A stretch of 64,000 nt of DNA from Deltaproteobacteria bacterium (GTDB lineage Bacteria > Desulfobacterota > Desulfomonilia > UBA1062). A program made the position numbers and the translations under genes. Shown here in pieces: positions 10,145-20,063 of the stretch (its first letter is position 1; the number at the start of each line of letters is the position of its first letter). The notes under the pieces are model-generated. The model was not told where the DNA came from, made no database searches, and saw only the letters and a program-made list of their open reading frames with translations. The stretch covers positions 11,034-75,033 of the forward strand of contig DSBG01000092.1 of NCBI GenBank assembly GCA_011046135.1, written 5' to 3'.

Positions 10145-10687
10145 TTACTCTTTCTTGGAATTCTTGTTCTGATAGTGGTTGTTGAATATCTCCATGATGG
10201 GATCCGTGATGTCGATCTTTTCTGATGCATAGACGATGGCAGGATTACGCTTGTCAAGGATGAGATCGATGGCATGCTTCAGGCCGTAATCATTGATGAT
10301 GATGTCGAGTTCCATGCTCCAGGGTTTGAGCAGAGAAATCTCCAGACGTTTCAGATCGTCTTGGGCATCCTTTACGAGACGATTGTATTTTCTGAGCTCC
10401 TGTTCGTAGAGGGTTTCAAGTTCTGCCTTTGCTGCGACGCTCATGGTGGGGGATTTCGCGGCAATGTCGTCACCCATCGCTTTTATCTTCTCCTGCAACT
10501 TCTGGATCTCGATTTCTCGTTCATCCTTCAGCGCGCTGAGCTGTTTGAAGGCCTCCTTGCCTGCCAGGGATTCATACAGGATCCTCTGGGAGTCGATGTA
10601 GGCAATCCTGACGTTCTGAGCCCCTGCAGTTCCTGCAAGGAACAAGAGTACAGCGAGTGCTGTAACTATCCGGGTTCCGTGTCTCAT
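10145..10687 (-). CDS. skp: periplasmic chaperone Skp/OmpH
   Basis: A signal peptide (MRHGTRIVTALAVLLFLAGTAGAQ) followed by a long coiled-coil rich in K, E and Q. It lies between bamA and lpxD. The start is taken at the internal Met at 10687, which has an AAGGAG RBS. Confidence 0.75.
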   Translation of the reverse strand: MRHGTRIVTALAVLLFLAGTAGAQNVRIAYIDSQRILYESLAGKEAFKQLSALKDEREIEIQKLQEKIKAMGDDIAAKSPTMSVAAKAELETLYEQELRKYNRLVKDAQDDLKRLEISLLKPWSMELDIIINDYGLKHAIDLILDKRNPAIVYASEKIDITDPIMEIFNNHYQNKNSKKE

Positions 10688-10710
10688 AGGTATACTCCTT
10701 AATGTACGTG

Positions 10711-13143
10711 TTAGAAAAACCTTCCTATCGTGAAATCCCATTGCGATTTAGATTCAAAGTCTTTGGGATCGATGACCTTGCCGTATTCCAGGCGTAGCGG
10801 TCCCATGGGCGTCACCCACCTGATGCCTGCACCATAGGATCTCTTTAGGTTTGTGAGATCTATCATCTTTTCATAGGAATTCCCCTGGTCAAAAAACAGG
10901 ATCCCGTACAACCCGGGGATATTTGCGATGGGAAAACTGAGTTCTGTATTGAAAACGAGCATGCGTTTGCCCCCGATGACACTTCCGAAGGTGTCCCTGG
11001 GTCCGATCTCTCCGTACTTGAACCCCCTGATGCTGTTCATTCCACCGAGGGTAAAGCGTTCATATTCTGGAAGATCATCTCCCTGAGCAGGGTTGATGGT
11101 ACCCCATCTCGCCTTTAACATCAAGGCGAGAGTGTCCTTGTACAGGGGGAAGAACTGCGCTGCCGTCGCTGTGACTCGGGTGAAATGAAAGTCTCCTCCA
11201 AGGCCTGCATACTCGAGGGAGAGCATGAGATCCGAGCCTCTGGTGGGTCTGAAAAAATCGTTGGTGGTGTCTCGATGCAGGGTATTGGTAATGCTGCTCG
11301 TGACACCTCCTGTAATCTCGTCTTCTGAAAGAGCGCTCAGGTAGACGGGGTCGATATCCTTGAGTTCCAGAACGTGCGTGTACGAATAGATGATATAGTG
11401 CCGGATCTCCTCGATGAGCGGGTATCCAAGACGGATATTTCCTCCGCGGGACTCCTTTGTGTAGTACACATACTCTCTCTCCATGTTGAAGAGGCGCACG
11501 CCAAGGGAGACCGGACGTCCAAAGAGCCAGGGCTCTTCGAAATCCACCATGTAATTCTTCTTTTTTGCCCCGTATTCAGTGCTCAAGCGGCTCTTGAGAC
11601 CCAGACCCAGGAGGTTGTTTTCGCTCAACTCAAGGGTTCCCATCGCACCGTCGAGACTCGAATAGGCGATACCGAAGGCAAATGCCCCCGTAGTGGTCTC
11701 CTCGACGTCAACGAGCAGTGACATGGTTTCTTCTTCCCGGGGGATGGGGTCGATAGTCACGGTGCTGAAATAACCGAGCCTGGAGATCCTGTCCCTACTG
11801 CGCCTGAGGTCGGTTGAGGAGAACAGATCTCCCTCGTCGAGCTGCAATTCTCTCCGGATAACCTTGTCACGGGTTTTTTGATTTCCCCTGATGTAGATTG
11901 TGTCGATAGAAACAGGATTTCCCTTGGTGATCTTGAAGATCAGGCCCACGGTGGTTTCCTCTTCCTCCTTGGTGATGGGTCTGATCTGTGCGTAGGCATA
12001 CCCCTGATTCATATACACATCACGCAGATTTTCGATGGAGGTATGCACCTTGCTCTTGCTCATGACGTCCCCTGTCTTGAGGTCCAGCTTTTTCATGAGT
12101 TCTTCTCTTGGCTGAATGAGATCTCCGGTGATGTCAATGCTCCCGATGGTAAAGAGGGGGCCTTCTTCAATGGGGATGGTGATGAATATTCCTGTATCCT
12201 CTTGGACATCGACCCGAGGACGACCGACCTTCGCCTGGATGTATCCGTTGTCGGCATAGAACTGCTCGATCCTCAGGAGATCATTGTCGAGGCCCGCTTC
12301 GAGGTAGGAACCGGCGTGCCCGAACAGACCCAGGATCCATCGATTTTTTGTCTCCATGATGTCCCTGAGTTTCCTCGATGAGATGTTTTCATTTCCGTCG
12401 AACTCCACCTTGCGGACATAGAGCTTCTCGTTTTCTTCGATGGAGAAGGTCAACGTGATCCCGCCCTCGGTTGGCTGAGTATCGGAACCCACCATCACGT
12501 TGTAGAATCCCTTTTCACGGTAGAGGCTCCTGATGCGGTCTATGCTCGTTTTGAGCAGTCTCGTGTTCAGGATGTCGAAGCGTTTCAACCCAATGGCGGA
12601 GAGGATATCTTCGTCTTTGATCTTGTCGTTGCCCTCCACGTCGATACTGACGATCACGGGGTACTCGGTGACGACGAAGGTGAGCGTTCCCTCGGAGAAA
12701 GAGGCATCGCATGTCTCGAAGTAGCCCATGGCAAAGATGGATTCTATGTCCTTTCTGATCCTGTCCCTGTGGACGATATCACCACGTGTTGTGGTGATGC
12801 GGAATCGTATTGCCTCCGAGCTGATTCGGGATTGTCCCGTAATGTTCACCTGGTCCACCACACAGATGCCCTTGAGTCTGAGGTACCCGTCGAGGGCCTC
12901 CTCGGGTGTCGAAGCGGTGTAGGTCAGGTCTGTGGTATCATAGACGCGGAAGACTCCGTCGCTTGTTTCCATTGCGATACTCAGTGCTGCATCTGTCCGG
13001 AGCGAAACACAGAGAACCTCCTGGAGGATCTTGGAAAGGGTTGCGTCTGCTGTGGCGATGTTCACTACCGTGGCATTGAGGTAAAGTGGTGTGAGGAAAA
13101 ACAGGAGAATGATGAACAGGTGTCTAGACAACGTGAGGTTCAA
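10711..13143 (-). CDS. bamA: outer membrane protein assembly factor BamA
   Basis: An 810-aa protein with a signal peptide, POTRA repeats and a C-terminal Omp85 beta-barrel that ends in an aromatic residue (…GRFF). Confidence 0.9.
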   Translation of the reverse strand: MNLTLSRHLFIILLFFLTPLYLNATVVNIATADATLSKILQEVLCVSLRTDAALSIAMETSDGVFRVYDTTDLTYTASTPEEALDGYLRLKGICVVDQVNITGQSRISSEAIRFRITTTRGDIVHRDRIRKDIESIFAMGYFETCDASFSEGTLTFVVTEYPVIVSIDVEGNDKIKDEDILSAIGLKRFDILNTRLLKTSIDRIRSLYREKGFYNVMVGSDTQPTEGGITLTFSIEENEKLYVRKVEFDGNENISSRKLRDIMETKNRWILGLFGHAGSYLEAGLDNDLLRIEQFYADNGYIQAKVGRPRVDVQEDTGIFITIPIEEGPLFTIGSIDITGDLIQPREELMKKLDLKTGDVMSKSKVHTSIENLRDVYMNQGYAYAQIRPITKEEEETTVGLIFKITKGNPVSIDTIYIRGNQKTRDKVIRRELQLDEGDLFSSTDLRRSRDRISRLGYFSTVTIDPIPREEETMSLLVDVEETTTGAFAFGIAYSSLDGAMGTLELSENNLLGLGLKSRLSTEYGAKKKNYMVDFEEPWLFGRPVSLGVRLFNMEREYVYYTKESRGGNIRLGYPLIEEIRHYIIYSYTHVLELKDIDPVYLSALSEDEITGGVTSSITNTLHRDTTNDFFRPTRGSDLMLSLEYAGLGGDFHFTRVTATAAQFFPLYKDTLALMLKARWGTINPAQGDDLPEYERFTLGGMNSIRGFKYGEIGPRDTFGSVIGGKRMLVFNTELSFPIANIPGLYGILFFDQGNSYEKMIDLTNLKRSYGAGIRWVTPMGPLRLEYGKVIDPKDFESKSQWDFTIGRFF

Positions 13144-13813
13144 GGTGTCCCTCCTTCAGCACCAGGATCCTTTCTGTGATGCTTGCAAGGTCCATGTTGT
13201 GCGTGACGATGATCATGGTGATGCCAAGGGAACGTTTCAGGTCTGCGAAGAGATCCCGCACCCTGGCCCCGTTTTCCGGATCGAGGTCACCGGTGGGTTC
13301 GTCCGCCAGCAGGATATTGGGAGACATCATGAGGGAACGCGCTATGGCAACCCGCTGCTGTTCACCGCCGGAAAGTTCGCCGGGCTTGTGAGTGACCCTG
13401 TCGGAGAGCCCCACGACATCGAGGAGTTCACGGGCCTTCTTCGGGATGTCGGGCGTGATCCGTGCGCTCACGAGGGCAGGCATCATCACGTTTTCCAGGG
13501 CAGAAAATTCACTCAGCAGATAGTGAAACTGGAAGACAAGCCCGACCTTGAGGTTTCTGAAGGTCGAGATCTCCCGTTCATTCATGAGGCAGATGTCTTT
13601 GTCCCCGTAGCGTATTGTGCCGCTGTCGGGCTTTTCGAGACCTCCGAGGAGATGGAGGAGGGTGCTCTTACCGGATCCTGATGCTCCAACGATGGCGATG
13701 CATTCTCCCCGGGTTACTTCCATGGTAACCCCCTTGAGGACATGTATGAGTTCCGGTCCTTTTCTAAAGGATTTCTGCAGCTCTCGTGTTTGGAGTATTG
13801 GCTTATCCCTCAT
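13124..13813 (-). CDS. lolD: lipoprotein-releasing system ATP-binding protein (LolD-like ABC ATPase)
   Basis: Walker A GASGSGKST, signature LSGGEQQR, Walker B LLADEPTGDLD. It is adjacent to an FtsX-type permease. The start is MRDKPIL at 13813. Confidence 0.8.
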   Translation of the reverse strand: MRDKPILQTRELQKSFRKGPELIHVLKGVTMEVTRGECIAIVGASGSGKSTLLHLLGGLEKPDSGTIRYGDKDICLMNEREISTFRNLKVGLVFQFHYLLSEFSALENVMMPALVSARITPDIPKKARELLDVVGLSDRVTHKPGELSGGEQQRVAIARSLMMSPNILLADEPTGDLDPENGARVRDLFADLKRSLGITMIIVTHNMDLASITERILVLKEGHLEPHVV

Positions 13814-15038
13814 AACGCATGATCTCCACGGGATCCTGTTTTGCTGCCTGTCGCGCCGGGTAGATGGTGGCAAAGAACGAGAGAATCAACGAGGCAACGG
13901 TGATGAGGGCGACCTCAAAGAAGTTCACTTTTGTGGGTAACCCCGTGATATAGTAAACATCCTTGGGCATCACCTCGATTCCGAAAAGAAATTCCACCGT
14001 TCTGACCACCGGATCCAGGTTATAGGAGAGCAGAAGACCGAGTCCGAGCCCTGCAAGGGTACCTGTGACGCCAATGACCATACCCAGCGTCATGAAGATG
14101 CCGAGCACCTGGTTCGTGGTTGTGCCCATTGACTTGAGAATGGCGATGTCCTTCCTCTTTTCCGTGACCAGCATGATCAGGGTGCTGATAATGCTAAATG
14201 CGGCAACCAGGATGATGAACAGGAGAATAATGAACATCACGGTTTTTTCCAGTTTCAGGGCAGAGAAGAGACTTCTGTTCATATCTTTCCACGTTTTTGC
14301 CCAGAACCCGGGATCGAGGGAGGCGAGAAGTCTGCCGGCAATTGAATCCGCGTCATAGATATTCTTCACCTTGATCTCGATACCAGAAGGAAGGTCCTTC
14401 ATGGACATTCTTTTTGCTGATTCCAAGGAAATATAAACCATGTTGCTGTCAAACTCATACATGCCCGTGTTGAAAATACCCGTTACACGAAAGGACATGG
14501 ATTTCGGGATCATGCCAAGGGGCGTCATGGTCCCGGTGGGAGTGATCAGGGAGATCACATCCCCGATATGCATTCCCGTGTGAAGTGCAAGCTCTGATCC
14601 CACCAGGACCCCTGATTCACCGAGGTCACAGCAGGTACCCTCGACAATGATCTCCTTGAGACGAATTACCTGTGAGGCGGTTCGGGGATCAATCCCCCTG
14701 ATGACCACACCGGAAATGCCCGCCGGCGCAGAGACGAGACCCTGCGTGAGAATAAACGGTGTGGCACCCAGGACGTCCGGATCCTTCATAATGCCCTCGA
14801 TGATGCTGGTATGATCACGTATGCCGCCATCATAGGTGGAGATTACGATGTGGGACTGGGTTCCAAGGATCTTGGTTTTGATGTCTTCCTCGAACCCGTT
14901 CATGACAGACAGCACCACGATGAGCGCCATCACTCCCAAGGCAATACCTATGACGGAGAGTCCGGAGGTGAAACTGATAAATCTCTGACTCTTTTTTGCC
15001 CGCAGGTATCTTTTTGCGACGAGAAGTTCAAACCTCAG
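13803..15038 (-). CDS. lolE: lipoprotein-releasing system permease (LolC/LolE, FtsX/MacB family)
   Basis: Four transmembrane segments and a periplasmic domain. The conserved N-terminus ...[22 protein letters not shown]... continues upstream of the track's TTG with no intervening stop. The only RBS-spaced start is a CTG at 15038 (AAGGAGAGATATC-CTG). Confidence 0.7.
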   Translation of the reverse strand: MRFELLVAKRYLRAKKSQRFISFTSGLSVIGIALGVMALIVVLSVMNGFEEDIKTKILGTQSHIVISTYDGGIRDHTSIIEGIMKDPDVLGATPFILTQGLVSAPAGISGVVIRGIDPRTASQVIRLKEIIVEGTCCDLGESGVLVGSELALHTGMHIGDVISLITPTGTMTPLGMIPKSMSFRVTGIFNTGMYEFDSNMVYISLESAKRMSMKDLPSGIEIKVKNIYDADSIAGRLLASLDPGFWAKTWKDMNRSLFSALKLEKTVMFIILLFIILVAAFSIISTLIMLVTEKRKDIAILKSMGTTTNQVLGIFMTLGMVIGVTGTLAGLGLGLLLSYNLDPVVRTVEFLFGIEVMPKDVYYITGLPTKVNFFEVALITVASLILSFFATIYPARQAAKQDPVEIMRYEG

Positions 15039-16528
15039 GATATCTCTCCTTTGCGCAGCAACGGGAACAGAATGACATCCCTGATGGATGGGCTGTCAGT
15101 CAAGAGCATGACAAGCCTGTCGATTCCGATGCCCTCTCCTGCTGTGGGAGGCATGCCATATTCCAGGGCCCGGATGTAGTCTTCATCGATTTCGTCGATC
15201 CCCTCTTTTTTGCGAATCTGCTCGATGAAGCGTTCTCTCTGATCAACAGGATCGTTCAGTTCGCTGAAGGCGTTTGCTATCTCACGACCCCCGATGTAGA
15301 GTTCGAATCGATCCACGACTGAAGGGTCCTCGTTGTTCTTTCTGGACAGCGGTGAGACATCAGTCGGGTAGGATGTAATGAAGACGGGACCCGTGAGTTT
15401 CTCTTCAGTCGTTGTTTCAAAGAGAATCAGAAGGAGTTCCCCTTCTGACTCATCTCCCTCCAGTTCGATGCCAAGATTCCTGCAGTATGCCTGTGCAGCA
15501 CGCTTGTTTTCGAGCACCTCCTGGGGAACATTGCCCAGGGTTCTGGTTGCCTCTTTCAGGGTATACCGCTGCCAGGGAGGGCTGAGATCCAGCGAGAGGC
15601 CCTGGTAGGTAAGGGTGGTTGTTCCCAGAACCTTCATGGCGAGAGATGAGATCATGTCCTCGGTGAAAGCCATGAGGTCCGTGTAATCAGCATAGGCCAT
15701 GTAGAATTCCATCATGGTGAATTCAGGATTGTGCCTTGTGGAGATTCCCTCGTTTCTGAAATTTCGGTTGATCTCATAGACCCTCTCGAAACCCCCGACG
15801 ATGAGCCTCTTGAGGTAGAGCTCCGGGGCGATCCTCAGGTACAGATCCATGTCAAGGGCGTTGTGATGCGTGAGAAACGGCTTGGCGGTAGCCCCCCCTG
15901 GAATCGAATGCATCATGGGGGTTTCGACCTCGATGAAGCCCCGGGAGTCCATGTGCTCGCGTAAGGTCCTGATGATCTGTGTCCTCATGAGAAACGTTTC
16001 CCTGACCTCGGGTGTCACGATCAGATCGAGGTACCGTTGCCGGTAGCGGATCTCCACATCTTTGAGCCCATGCCATTTTTCCGGCAGTGGCCTGAAGGAT
16101 TTGGTGAGGAGTTCGAAGCCCTGGACATAGACGCTGAGCTCTCCCGTGCGGGTCTTGATAGGGGTTCCCCAGAGGCCGATGATGTCTCCGATGTCGAGTT
16201 TTTTGAACAGATCATAGGAATCATCACCCAGTCGGGCCTGCTCAAAGAATGCCTGGAGCTTGTCGGATGCTTCCTGGACGTGGATGAAAGATGCCTTGCC
16301 GAATTTTCTCACCGACATGATTCGACCGGCCAGATAGTGGACCGTTTCGACACGCGAAAGAGCTTCGGCATCAAGGTCCCCATAGGTTTCGATGAACCTC
16401 GAGATATCCGTATCTTTCCGGAAGGTATTGGGAAAAGGGACGACTCCTGACTCTTTTTTGAGGAGTTCAAACTTTTCGAAGCGCTGTTTTACAAGTCGAT
16501 TTACATCTTCCAAGATAGACAACCCCAC
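15035..16528 (-). CDS. lysS: lysine--tRNA ligase (class II)
   Basis: A 497-aa protein with an N-terminal OB anticodon-binding domain and class II motifs (…FRNEGIS…, [12 protein letters not shown]). Confidence 0.9.
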   Translation of the reverse strand: MGLSILEDVNRLVKQRFEKFELLKKESGVVPFPNTFRKDTDISRFIETYGDLDAEALSRVETVHYLAGRIMSVRKFGKASFIHVQEASDKLQAFFEQARLGDDSYDLFKKLDIGDIIGLWGTPIKTRTGELSVYVQGFELLTKSFRPLPEKWHGLKDVEIRYRQRYLDLIVTPEVRETFLMRTQIIRTLREHMDSRGFIEVETPMMHSIPGGATAKPFLTHHNALDMDLYLRIAPELYLKRLIVGGFERVYEINRNFRNEGISTRHNPEFTMMEFYMAYADYTDLMAFTEDMISSLAMKVLGTTTLTYQGLSLDLSPPWQRYTLKEATRTLGNVPQEVLENKRAAQAYCRNLGIELEGDESEGELLLILFETTTEEKLTGPVFITSYPTDVSPLSRKNNEDPSVVDRFELYIGGREIANAFSELNDPVDQRERFIEQIRKKEGIDEIDEDYIRALEYGMPPTAGEGIGIDRLVMLLTDSPSIRDVILFPLLRKGEIS

Positions 16529-16647
16529 CAGTGTAGAAAGCCGAGACCTCTATAGAAGATTTCACGTCTCGAGTCAACAGATCTCATGAATCGAGATGTT
16601 CTCTCACGAGTACCCTTCCCATATCCTGGTGTGCTATAGGGGGGTGC

Positions 16648-17214
16648 ATGGGATATACACGTTCAGAAGAAACCGTTCTCGTGAGAATTGCCCGCCGGTC
16701 CATTGAGGCCATTCTCAAGGGGAGATCTCTGGAGGATCACGACATGGATCCGTGTCGTTTCTCTGCGGCACTCAGAGAGAAAAAGGCTGTCTTTGTGAGC
16801 CTGATCCTGAACTCGGAACTCAGGGGAAGCGCAGGATACCTGATGCCGCTCGTTCCTCTCTGGCAGGCGACCATGGAGAATGCACGAAATGCGGCCTTCA
16901 GAGATCCACGGTTCACCCCCCTGTGGCGTGATGAACTCCCCGAAGTCGAAATTGTCGTTCACGTGGTTTCTCGCGTGATGCACATCAGTGCTGAGGACAA
17001 ATTCAACCCCCGGGAAGAGGGATTTCTTCTCAGAAAGGGCTCTCGAATGGCTTTGTTTCTTCCCATGCCCTGGAGAACACCGCTGACCCCCAGAGATGAA
17101 GTTCTATCAAGGCTCTGCCGGGAGGTAGCCCATGATTCAGGCGGGAGCACCGCGGCAGAGGAAAGGGAGCGCCTGATCCTGGAAGGGATCATACGGGAAC
17201 AGGACACGGCTTGA
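16648..17214 (+). CDS. AMMECR1-domain protein
   Basis: A 188-aa protein carrying the AMMECR1 hallmark RGSAGYL and a downstream DPRF motif. Confidence 0.8.
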   Translation: MGYTRSEETVLVRIARRSIEAILKGRSLEDHDMDPCRFSAALREKKAVFVSLILNSELRGSAGYLMPLVPLWQATMENARNAAFRDPRFTPLWRDELPEVEIVVHVVSRVMHISAEDKFNPREEGFLLRKGSRMALFLPMPWRTPLTPRDEVLSRLCREVAHDSGGSTAAEERERLILEGIIREQDTA

Positions 17215-17260
17215 CGCGGTTGGCCGCTTTAGGCGGAGCCGTAGGGTGACCGGTGGGAAT

Positions 17261-18004
17261 TCAGGTGATCTCTTCCAGAGAGGAGACCACAATATCCATG
17301 TGTTCTCTGAGATTTTCCTCGGATGTAATGCCGACAACCCCGATGGTCAGCATCACGCCGGAGTTTCTTCCCAGGAGCCCGTCCATGATGGTATCACCCA
17401 CCAGGATGGCCTTGTCAGGACTGACGTGAAGATGATCACAGATCTTCATGACCATGTCGGGCGCAGGCTTTGAGTGAACGACACTGTCGGCTCCGATGAC
17501 GAAGTCGATGTACTGAGAGGCTCCAATGAGTTCCATATCCCTGAGGGCATCCGCCATTTTGTCGTTCGTGGCTACAGCGCTCAGAATTCCTTTCCGTTTG
17601 AGTGTTCTCAAAAGCGTGATCGCTCCCGGGGCAGCGTGAACACTCCGGGCACGAAGATCAGATCGAAAGACCCTCTGTCCCGCCTCACTCACGATCTGCT
17701 GAGCTCTGTCCCACCGGAGACCCTCATGGTAGAGACAGGAGGTCAGGAGCGCATCACACTCAGAAAAGGTGCCCATGGCAAGGGGGCCATACCCATCGAT
17801 TTCACCTCGATCGATACAGATGCCCAGGGCATCTTGAATCCGCTCCCTAAGAGCGGGATTCATGGGTGCTGAGGTTCCCAGTTCACGCAACAGGATTTCG
17901 ATAAGTCCGAGCCAGGTCTTTCTGAAATCTACCAGGGTGCCGTCCTTGTCAAAGATTACCAGTTCGGGTTCAGTCTGCGTGCCCGAAATGATCAACTGTG
18001 CCAT
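17261..18004 (-). CDS. HAD-superfamily hydrolase (phosphoglycolate phosphatase-like)
   Basis: Motif I FDKDGTLVD, a capping helical domain and a C-terminal GDTIMD (motif IV). Confidence 0.7.
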   Translation of the reverse strand: MAQLIISGTQTEPELVIFDKDGTLVDFRKTWLGLIEILLRELGTSAPMNPALRERIQDALGICIDRGEIDGYGPLAMGTFSECDALLTSCLYHEGLRWDRAQQIVSEAGQRVFRSDLRARSVHAAPGAITLLRTLKRKGILSAVATNDKMADALRDMELIGASQYIDFVIGADSVVHSKPAPDMVMKICDHLHVSPDKAILVGDTIMDGLLGRNSGVMLTIGVVGITSEENLREHMDIVVSSLEEIT

Positions 18005-18098
18005 GAAGGTTCTCCTGTACGAGGGAGTCGATTGATCGGGGAGTGATTGATTCCCTTCTCTTCATGATATATACTTTCGGAATCTGTATACAGGCGAA

Positions 18099-19325
18099 TT
18101 GAGAGCAATGATAGTGAAAAAACCCGCACGCCTATACCTGCTGAGTTTTCTCTTCGGTTTTGTCGTGTTTGTCCTGATCTTTTGCTGCAGCAGGGAGCAC
18201 AAAGAGGTGTCTCAACCCGACGACTCCCTGAAAACTCCGGTACAGATCCTGGTCCTCGCTTCAGACCCGGCAAAAAACGGCAGTGCTCCAGAAAAGGAAC
18301 TTGAGGGTGTTCTGCTCGCTCACGCCCTGATGCCGGTAGTGGCGAACACCCCGATTGAACTCAGCGTGCACGACTCTTCCGAGCGCGACGTGGGGAATAT
18401 CCTCAGTGAACTCATGGCCGACGATCATCTCGCAGGAATAATTATCTGCGGGAGTGACTTCAATGACGTGCCCTATCCACACGACGCCAGTTGTGGAGTT
18501 CCCGTGGTGGATCTCACGTGGGTTCGGGTATTTCCTGATGAACAGATGGGAAATTGTCTCGTATACTCGCCTGCTCCATCCCTTCAGGAACAGGCGGAAG
18601 CTGCGGCTGTTTTTCTCTCCTCCTCCCTAAAGATCAGAAAAGTTGCGATACTCGTCGATGATCGTCTCAGGGCTTCTGTGATGCTTGCGAGTCTCTTTGC
18701 TTCTCAGATGATCTCTGCCGGCGGTACCATCGTGGAACTTCTCTCCATCGGCCAGGAAGAGATGCATTCCGGGTCCCTTGACCGCATTCTGAGAAGCAAA
18801 CCCGAAGCACTCTTTCTGCCTGACTCTCCTGGTTTTACACAAAAAGCCCTGTCCCTCTTGGCTGAGTCCGATCTGCAGCTTCGCGTCGTGGTGAGCAATG
18901 TTGAGGATGAAGAAGTTCTCCTTGAATCTGCTTTGGTGATGTCCGAGAGTGTGTATCTGATTACCGGATATCATGCCGATGCCGTGCAGACCGAGAGCGC
19001 GCAGGTCTTTCTGAGGGAGTTCAGAAAACAGCACGCGAGAAGACTGCCTTCAGCGAGGGTTGCTCGGGGTGCCGAGGCCTACTTTTTCCTGGCCGATCAC
19101 ATAAGCCGACAAGAGTTGTTCAGGAAACCCTCCACAGGAGATAAAATGCTGCAAGAAGACAAGAGAACTGTCGGGATGCTGGGAATCGACGATCAGGAGG
19201 GTATACAGAAATCTCTCTACGTTGGTCGTGTACGACCGAGGTTTATGAGGACTACGATCCTTGAATACGTGGAAACGATAAAACCTGCTGTGCTAGATTC
19301 TGGAGGAGATATCCGGGCTCAGTAA
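18099..19325 (+). CDS. membrane-anchored periplasmic binding-protein-like (type 1 PBP fold) protein, function unknown
   Basis: A 408-aa protein with an N-terminal hydrophobic anchor followed by alternating beta-alpha segments typical of the LivK/ANF-receptor fold. No transporter partners are adjacent. Confidence 0.4.
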   Translation: MRAMIVKKPARLYLLSFLFGFVVFVLIFCCSREHKEVSQPDDSLKTPVQILVLASDPAKNGSAPEKELEGVLLAHALMPVVANTPIELSVHDSSERDVGNILSELMADDHLAGIIICGSDFNDVPYPHDASCGVPVVDLTWVRVFPDEQMGNCLVYSPAPSLQEQAEAAAVFLSSSLKIRKVAILVDDRLRASVMLASLFASQMISAGGTIVELLSIGQEEMHSGSLDRILRSKPEALFLPDSPGFTQKALSLLAESDLQLRVVVSNVEDEEVLLESALVMSESVYLITGYHADAVQTESAQVFLREFRKQHARRLPSARVARGAEAYFFLADHISRQELFRKPSTGDKMLQEDKRTVGMLGIDDQEGIQKSLYVGRVRPRFMRTTILEYVETIKPAVLDSGGDIRAQ

Positions 19326-19607
19326 CTTATCTGCAATTACCGTCATGTCAGGGCGGTAGATACCCTTGGCTATTGTCTCTCCGAGTTCATGTACCTTCTC
19401 TGAGCGAATGTCAGGTGCGGACAGAGCAGCATCCCGGATGTCGTGAAAGAGTTTCACCTTCTCCGATATTTCAACCTTGTCACGAAGCGATGAAAGCCCG
19501 GGGCTCCCGTCTGTGCTGGTCCCCTGTGCCTGATGAATCTTGGTGCTTGATGTTGAAGCATAGGCTTTTATTGCTTCAGGATTTGTGGTTATGTTAATTT
19601 TCATCAA
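19293..19607 (-). CDS. flgM: anti-sigma-28 factor FlgM
   Basis: A 104-aa protein. It matches the FlgM core KVEISEKVK and the C-terminal sigma-28-binding helix EKVHELGETIAKGIYRPDMTVIADKLL. Confidence 0.8.
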   Translation of the reverse strand: MMKINITTNPEAIKAYASTSSTKIHQAQGTSTDGSPGLSSLRDKVEISEKVKLFHDIRDAALSAPDIRSEKVHELGETIAKGIYRPDMTVIADKLLSPDISSRI

Positions 19608-19812
19608 TGAGAACCTCGCTCAAGCCTTTTTTAAGGCTGTGTTCCATCAGATCCCCGAACAGGCGCTGTGATGCATTGGGGGAAATGTTCACTGGATCAC
19701 TGGATCGATTATAGCCAATTCTCTCGGGGTCTCTCTTTACAGCATCGCTGATTTCATCCTGTTTATCATACGACCTGAGGATGTGATTGAAGAAGATGTT
19801 CTTGACCTCCAT
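19594..19812 (-). CDS. hypothetical 72-aa protein co-transcribed upstream of flgM
   Basis: The ORF has a strong RBS (AAGGAGAGGGC-ATG) and overlaps the flgM start by 14 nt. No family was recognised. Confidence 0.4.
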   Translation of the reverse strand: MEVKNIFFNHILRSYDKQDEISDAVKRDPERIGYNRSSDPVNISPNASQRLFGDLMEHSLKKGLSEVLIDEN

Positions 19813-19845
19813 GCCCTCTCCTTGTGAGATGTAAACCGTACCTAT

Positions 19846-19873
19846 CCTATCGGAAATGCGTTAGAATGCTTTA
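19846..19873 (-). promoter_or_regulatory. sigma-28 (FliA)-type promoter for the 72-aa ORF-flgM operon
   Basis: On the minus strand the sequence reads TAAA-N15-tCCGATAg, against the consensus TAAA-N15-GCCGATAA, about 30 nt upstream of the ORF at 19812. Confidence 0.45.
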
Positions 19874-20063
19874 AACAATTTTTCGTCTGGTTCTTCTCCT
19901 CGTTCCTGCTGTGAATGCGTCTATTTTTTTCTGAAGAAAGATGAATACATGGAGAGGACGTATCCTTGAGACGGGAGTCTCCATGCGGAAAAGGATGCTG
20001 CAGGGGAAATTATTGCCTGCCAGCCTGATCATGCAAACTGTCTTCTGAAGCGAATCTTGTCCC

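Noticed and set aside
16648-17214. Possible AmmeMemoRadiSam system around the AMMECR1 genes
   Set aside because: No Memo-family or radical SAM gene is adjacent to either AMMECR1 paralog. The radical SAM at 52747 is about 7 kb from the nearer AMMECR1 and sits inside an LPS operon.
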